A stretch of DNA of 64,000 bases from the human T2T-CHM13v2.0 reference genome, Homo sapiens. The position numbers were made by a program, and so were the translations under genes. Positions 57,381-64,000 of this stretch are shown here, in pieces. The notes beneath the pieces were generated by a model. It was not told the DNA's origin and made no database searches. It saw only the letters and a program-made list of their open reading frames with translations. The first letter of the stretch is position 1. Each line of letters opens with the position of its first letter. The DNA lies in NCBI RefSeq assembly GCF_009914755.1, contig NC_060939.1. The stretch is one strand, 5' to 3'.

Positions 57381-58083
57381 TTAATAAGCACTTTGACCCT
57401 TTGGGGAAGACCAAGGTAAAAGCATGAGAACCCCAGGAGAATTTCCTATTGAATTTCTAGAAATAAGTACCCTAATTATGGTGTAATTTTCATCTAATCT
57501 AATTTATCCCTGGGAACGTTGCCTGAGTATGACCAGCTATTCTTAAGGAAGCCTGACTTTCTAGTGCAGTGTATTCCAGAAGCCACCATCATAAGGATGT
57601 TAGAGAACCCCTTCAGTATCCTTGGCCCGCCATTCAGTCCGAATTTTAGGGGGAGGCTGGGGAGTGCTAGTCTGTCCGCAAGCTTGAGGTTGGCTCAGGG
57701 ATCTCTTAAACCTTCAGAGTAGACCCAGAGGATTGGCCTTTGGTTAAGAGGTTCTGTTTGGTCTTGTGTTAGCTATTAAAGAGAATTCCAGGGTGACAGT
57801 ATATCGGGTACTCTAGGTTACCCGAGCATTTTTTTCCTTTAAAGAATTCCAGAGCATTCAGTTTGACTCAGAATATTTGGAGCTTAATTAAAGCAAAAGC
57901 AGACCTTTCCTGGGGTAGCCGTGGGCTAGAATAGTTTACCCCATCTCCACCTCTGTCATCCTGCAGTCTCCTGAAGATTCACTGAGGTTCAATGTGGGTT
58001 ACCCAAGGACTTATGTACGTTCCAAGGATGACGAAAGATGCAGAGCCAGCTGTAGCAGTGCTTATCTTTAATGCCACTAGTTA

Positions 58084-58397
<314 letters not shown>

Positions 58398-59059
58398 CTA
58401 CCCAAATAAACAGAATAAACAAGCATCACTGTGCACCATTTGTGAGGTCAATATTCCCATTGCCTAAAATAAAACTTCACTCTTGCTTGATATGCTGATA
58501 CTAGGAGGGATATGACAAGGCTCAGATATACTGGTAGGGGATACTTCAAGAAAACGTATTGAAATAATGTCTTTTAAATTTTATAAAATAAAATAAAGCT
58601 TGTCCATTTTTTTCTGTTCTTATATTTATTGAGCTCAATCCCAGTTTATTTTCAGAAGTCATCTCAGACATAGTAGTGGGTGCCAGAGCATTCCCACCAA
58701 CCAGGAATTCCATGTATATATGGATGTATTTATCTCCTCCCTTACCCACTGTACCTTAGAACCAACCAAGAATTTCAGCATAATAAACCGATCTTTATCA
58801 CACTGTCCTTGTAGATTGACTTCAGCCTTTAAACTGACTGTACTTTGAGCCCTTACCTTATCAAAACGGATTTACCTAGAAGTGGAAGAGTCCAAATTAA
58901 GGATAAAAAGTCAGCCAATGGTAAAGGAATATAGTAGCTTCCACATCCCACTTCACATTTGCATCCCATTATAATAAAATGGTTCTTTTTTGACACAGCC
59001 CCTCTGACATTTTGACGTATTCTTCTTTGGGTAGAGTCCTCTCTTTCTATTATTCCTAG

Positions 59060-59399
<340 letters not shown>

Positions 59400-60284
59400 A
59401 ATTCTACTACTTTTTCCCAACTTTAATGTATAGGGTATTGCAGGGTTTTCTAGCTGAGTTGTTTGTAAGCCCATTGACTCTTAACAGTTTTCAGAAAATG
59501 TGCAATAAAAATAATTTCTAACACTAACAATAGCAAGGCACAGAATCTCCTCGAAGCTGCAACCAATGCAGCATCAATCCTGTCCTCCAGCAGCTGAGAT
59601 ACTGGGGACTGAATTTCTCTGAATAAGCTTGTCATCCATCAGCATCTGTCTCATTATAAGAATAAACATCTCTCTGGAGTAGAAGAATGGGCAGGAAATG
59701 AATAACAGTACTCTTCTATAAGTAGTCTACCTGCAGAAGCATACAAAGGTGCATCTATACCAGCCTGTGTTAAGAGTAAAATATGGAAGAGAACAACATA
59801 ATCCCCTCCAATGTGGCATAGAAGCCACACAGGATTGTTTCGATGTGAAGACAGATCTCAGGGTTTCTTTCTGCCTTGATATTTCTGAAGCCTATGTTGT
59901 TAAAATTAGCTTTCTTAGTCTCTTTTTCACTATTGCTATTGTCTCATTAAAGTAGCTTGTTTGTAAGAGTCTTGCAGAGTCCACAAAAAGCCTAAAATTG
60001 CTGTAGCACAAATAAATATAGAAGTTATAGTAAAATCTAGAAAACTACCTAGTGTATTGTAATTTCTTAAGCTGTAAGTAATTATTAGTAACGAAGGATT
60101 TATGGGATTCGAGAAGATGGAATCTCACAAATGCCAAACCAACTGTTTGATTTCACAGACAAGATTGATGGCAACTGGGAAGTTAAACTTTAATTATAGT
60201 GAGTAATTTTATTCTTCCGTATTTTAGCAAAGCTTCTATAAAAAGGCTTACTAATTTGAATTTTAATTCTTTTCCTTGTTTCAG

Positions 60285-60323
60285 GCCTGCTGAAGGTGAT
60301 AATGAGCGCCAAAATTTTCACAA
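60285..60323 (+). other. Candidate 39-nt exon
   Basis: Branch-like tactaat, polypyrimidine tract, tttcag| ... caa|gtaagt. Confidence 0.4.
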
Positions 60324-60927
60324 GTAAGTAGAGGGCAAAGAGAAAGAAAAAAGGAAATTGCCACAGCCCTGATAGCCAGCTCTTTAGAACTGATAATACA
60401 TTCCTTTCCTAGTCAATCCATTCCTTCCCAGAGAATTGGGGATTCTATTGGCTTCAAAAGCATCACATGATAATTTTCAAATTTATAGGGTAAGAAAAGA
60501 TCAGTTTCCCTAGACTGCCAATAAAGGACAGAGTTGCTATTCTTATCTCTGGTCGTTTCCCATCCCTTGATCTGTGTTTTTCTTAAGTATTTTGCATACA
60601 ATTAAGATGATAGAGAGGCTTTGGGTGAGAAGAACAAAACTTCTCACTTATATTTTCTCTTTTTCAGGTAAGAACAGAAGTCATCACAACCTTTGTTCTC
60701 TGTAGATTCGCCAATCTGTACTCCATTGGGATCATGTTAGAAGACCTCGGTGAATACATGACCAAACTCCCTACTTCTCTTTTCTCCTTTTAAACCTCTG
60801 TAGGAATACAAACAATTTTAGAAATGAGAATATTTAGTTATGGAAAAAGTGAAGACCTTGGTGGGAAGTTTGTTTCTATAGAATGAAAAGCATGAATTCT
60901 AAATTTATAAAAATTAGTAGGAACCGG

Positions 60928-61224
60928 AGCTGGACGCAGTGGCTCACGCCTGTAATCCCAGCACTTTGGGAAGCTGAGGTGGGTGGATCACATGAGGTCG
61001 GGAGCTCGAGACCAGCCTGACCAACATGGAGAAACCCCATCTCTACTTAAAATACAAAATTAGCTGGGCGTGGTGGCATATGCCTGTAATACCAGCTACT
61101 TGGGAGGCTGAGGCAGGAGAATGGCTTGAACCCAGGAGGCAGAGGTTGTGGTGAGCAAGATCACATCCGTGCACTCCACCCTGGGCAACGAGAACAAAAC
61201 TCCGTCTCAAAAAAAAAAAAAAAA
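60928..61224 (+). mobile_element. Alu (Sp-like)
   Basis: Alu consensus; TSD aaattagtaggaacc. Confidence 0.95.
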
Positions 61225-61337
61225 TTAGTAGGAACCAGGGAAATAGAAATAGGAACAGTGTGAATTCCCTATAAACTTCGTAATCAGATGAGTATAGGAT
61301 TTGTAATGGAAAGGTGGAACAAAAGGATGTTTCTTAA

Positions 61338-61713
<376 letters not shown>

Positions 61714-62073
61714 TAAGTTAAGGAAGATTGACAATCAGAAGACAAACAAGTAAGGAAGAGATAGGAGTTAGATGTTCGGAAGGAATACAACAGGTTTGGA
61801 CTTTTGCTATCTCATGATAGGTTTTGGCTTAGATTTGCAAAGCTAGCATTCCAAAAGTTGTTTCATTTCCACCTAGGTATTACTTAATCTACCACTAGAT
61901 GCCATTCTCACAGATAATGGTTAACTGGGTCAAAGATTGGCATGCTTTTGATTTTCTTTTTCAAATAATATTCTGCTAAAGAAGCTAAACATAATTAATT
62001 CCTAGAATTATCTCTAAATTGAATTATACACATTAGAAGTGCTTTCAAAGAATATATACTTGGTTATAATTAA

Positions 62074-62441
<368 letters not shown>

Positions 62442-62733
62442 CATTTTATCCAAATCTTAAGGAGAGGAAAATTTTCAAATTTACCAAGGACTATTCATGA
62501 ATTTGGTCTTCTAAGGGCCCAAGCCAGAGTTCTGGGATCTTCACCAGCTTTGTCAGGTATCAAAACCTCTCATTTCTTTCACTGAGGCTTTAACAGTGCT
62601 AGGCTGGTATCTGCTAAGCTTGAATAAGCTTTAGGGAACCTTCTCAGTGCACCTGATTATGTCCTTGAGTCTCAGAGATTTTTTGCTTCCTGAGCTGAAG
62701 AAGAAATAGAGGAACACTCCTTCTTGACTACCT

Positions 62734-63618
<885 letters not shown>

Positions 63619-64000
63619 ACTTTTCTAATAAGAAAGTTATTCCTCTATCTTTACTTTCCGCATTTTTTCTATTTGGGACTAGCATTTGTAATTTGCATCA
63701 AATACTTGTATTTATTTACAAGCATTACTTCATGAGCTCATGAAGCTCTGATATATTTCTATTGTGCTGCTTCTTATTTTTATTGGAGAACCTTATCATC
63801 CATTTATCTTCATAAAAAGAGAACATTTCAAAATTACATTCAATAGAAAGTAATGTTATAGCAGAAATACAAAGTGAAATCTCCATACTTTGTTAAAAAT
63901 TTTTTTCAGATGGAACTCTTAAAAACATTTTAAGTCCTTGAGTGTATCTACTGGATAATATTCATTTCCTTTTTTTTTTTTTAAATATAGTTAACTATAT

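Noticed and set aside
58856-58875. Possible 19-nt minus-strand microexon (ctag|GTAAATCCGTTTTGATAAG|gtaagg)
   Set aside because: It would leave only ~30 nt to the next candidate acceptor, and there is no frame support.

Overview
Repeat-dense hominid (human-like) genomic DNA; the SVA and LTR12C elements restrict it to apes. I see no intact host protein-coding gene. Contents: about 50 Alu-family elements; a decayed ERVL-class provirus (~110-5990); a full SVA carrying a 5' transduction (10565-12344); a complete THE1A provirus (14824-17768); a solo LTR12C (32108-33382); many other LTR, L1, L2, MIR and DNA-transposon remnants; an HMGN2 processed pseudogene (36292-39709, minus) with nested L1, LTR8 and Alu insertions; and a THAP12/PRKRIR pseudogene fragment (~46707-50820, minus). 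The most notable observations are three target-site-duplication (TSD)-bounded composite retrotranspositions (SVA+Alu tail, MER5A+Alu, and a polyadenylated MSTA LTR fragment), a possible gene-conversion tract between two L1s, a ~370-bp fold-back palindrome, and a candidate decayed multi-exon gene at 56.5-62.7 kb (minus) that loosely and speculatively resembles a NIT-domain membrane protein. Family names come from recalled consensus sequences, not from a search. Boundaries are approximate unless a TSD is quoted.
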